The notes under the pieces: generated by a model
What the model was told of the DNA's origin: nothing
What the model saw: only the letters and a program-made list of their open reading frames with translations
Database searches by the model: none
Shown here: positions 53,814-54,213 of the stretch, one piece after another
How positions within the stretch are numbered: the first letter of the stretch is position 1
Layout: every line of letters begins with the position of its first letter
Translations under genes and position numbers: made by a program
Source of the DNA: a virus
UHGV virus genome: UHGV-0121358
Strand: one strand, 5' to 3'
Length of the DNA: 54,213 nt

Positions 53814-54213
53814 ATGACCTACAAATACAACCCCTTCTGGCAGCAACGTATTCGTGAGACGGTGCGGCACGCACTGAATGTTCATCCCCGCCTGACGGCA
53901 TTGCGGGTTGACCTGCGTTTCCCGGATGTACCGGCAGCAACGGACGCAGCTGTGATATCCCGCTTCATCAATGCCCTGAAAGCCCGAATCGACGCTTACC
54001 AGAAACGTAAGCATCGGGAAGGTAAACGCGTGCATCCCACAACCCTGCATTACGTCTGGGCCCGGGAGTTTGGGGAGTGCAAAGGTAAAAAACACTATCA
54101 CCTGATGCTGCTGGTCAACCGGGATACCTGGTGTCGTGCCGGCGATTACCGCGCTCCGGGATCACTGGCCGGGATGATTAAACAGGCGTGGTGCAGTGCC
54201 CTGGGAGTGGATG
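53814..54213 (+). CDS. YfjJ/YagK-family (inovirus Gp2-type) protein, 5' part (runs off window end)
   Basis: Own translation from ATG at 53814 with GGAG SD: MTYKYNPFWQQRIRETVRHALNVHPRLTALRVDLRFPD..., resembling E. coli cryptic-prophage YfjJ/YagK proteins as recalled; no stop before window end. Confidence 0.55.
   Translation, partial: MTYKYNPFWQQRIRETVRHALNVHPRLTALRVDLRFPDVPAATDAAVISRFINALKARIDAYQKRKHREGKRVHPTTLHYVWAREFGECKGKKHYHLMLLVNRDTWCRAGDYRAPGSLAGMIKQAWCSALGVD

Noticed and set aside
1-54213. CRISPR arrays, rRNA genes, insertion sequences or transposase genes
   Set aside because: No regularly spaced direct repeats with unique spacers, no rRNA-like conserved stretches and no transposase-like ORFs or terminal inverted repeats were seen.

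Overview
This 54.2-kb window is almost entirely one temperate siphovirus prophage (lambdoid tail and nin genes, P22-like early genes, roughly 50% G+C by eye), with most genes on the minus strand. No rRNA, tRNA or CRISPR array was recognised. All calls come from reading the sequence, the supplied ORF track and recalled family signatures; no database search or structure prediction was run, so every family assignment needs confirmation.

Gene order, right to left on the minus strand: cI-type repressor, N-like antiterminator, Erf, SSB, many small early genes, Dam-like and C5-MTase-like methyltransferases, NinF, NinG, RusA, Q, a 4.3-kb block of small unknown genes, lysis cassette (pinholin, SAR endolysin, Rz/Rz1), an HExxH protein, a mini-ORF array, TerS, TerL, portal, head genes, connector genes, tail tube, tape measure, M, L, K, I, J, and the 5' part of a side tail fiber gene that runs off the left edge. 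A divergent plus-strand operon (43012-50902) carries an HTH protein, a DUF4373-type replisome organizer, an AT-rich nuclease-like gene, an HTH-phosphoesterase, a DnaB-type helicase, NinB and an AlpA/Xis-like gene, and converges on a P4-type integrase. The last ~2 kb holds direct repeats, degenerate sequence and the start of a YfjJ/YagK-family gene, suggesting a junction with another mobile element.

The observations I rate highest:
- A tandem array of nine (possibly ten) translationally coupled mini-ORFs encoding 14-35-aa hydrophobic peptides between the lysis cassette and terS (24709-25537).
- An AT-rich island in the replication module whose protein ends in a Vsr/DUF559-like nuclease motif (44714-45769).
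- A 10-mer (TACAAAATGG) present six times, sitting immediately upstream of promoter-like -35 elements at pL, pRM and two moron cassettes.
- Three opposite-strand moron cassettes embedded in the tail operon.
- An apparent inversion of the immunity/replication/recombination segment relative to lambda/P22 synteny.
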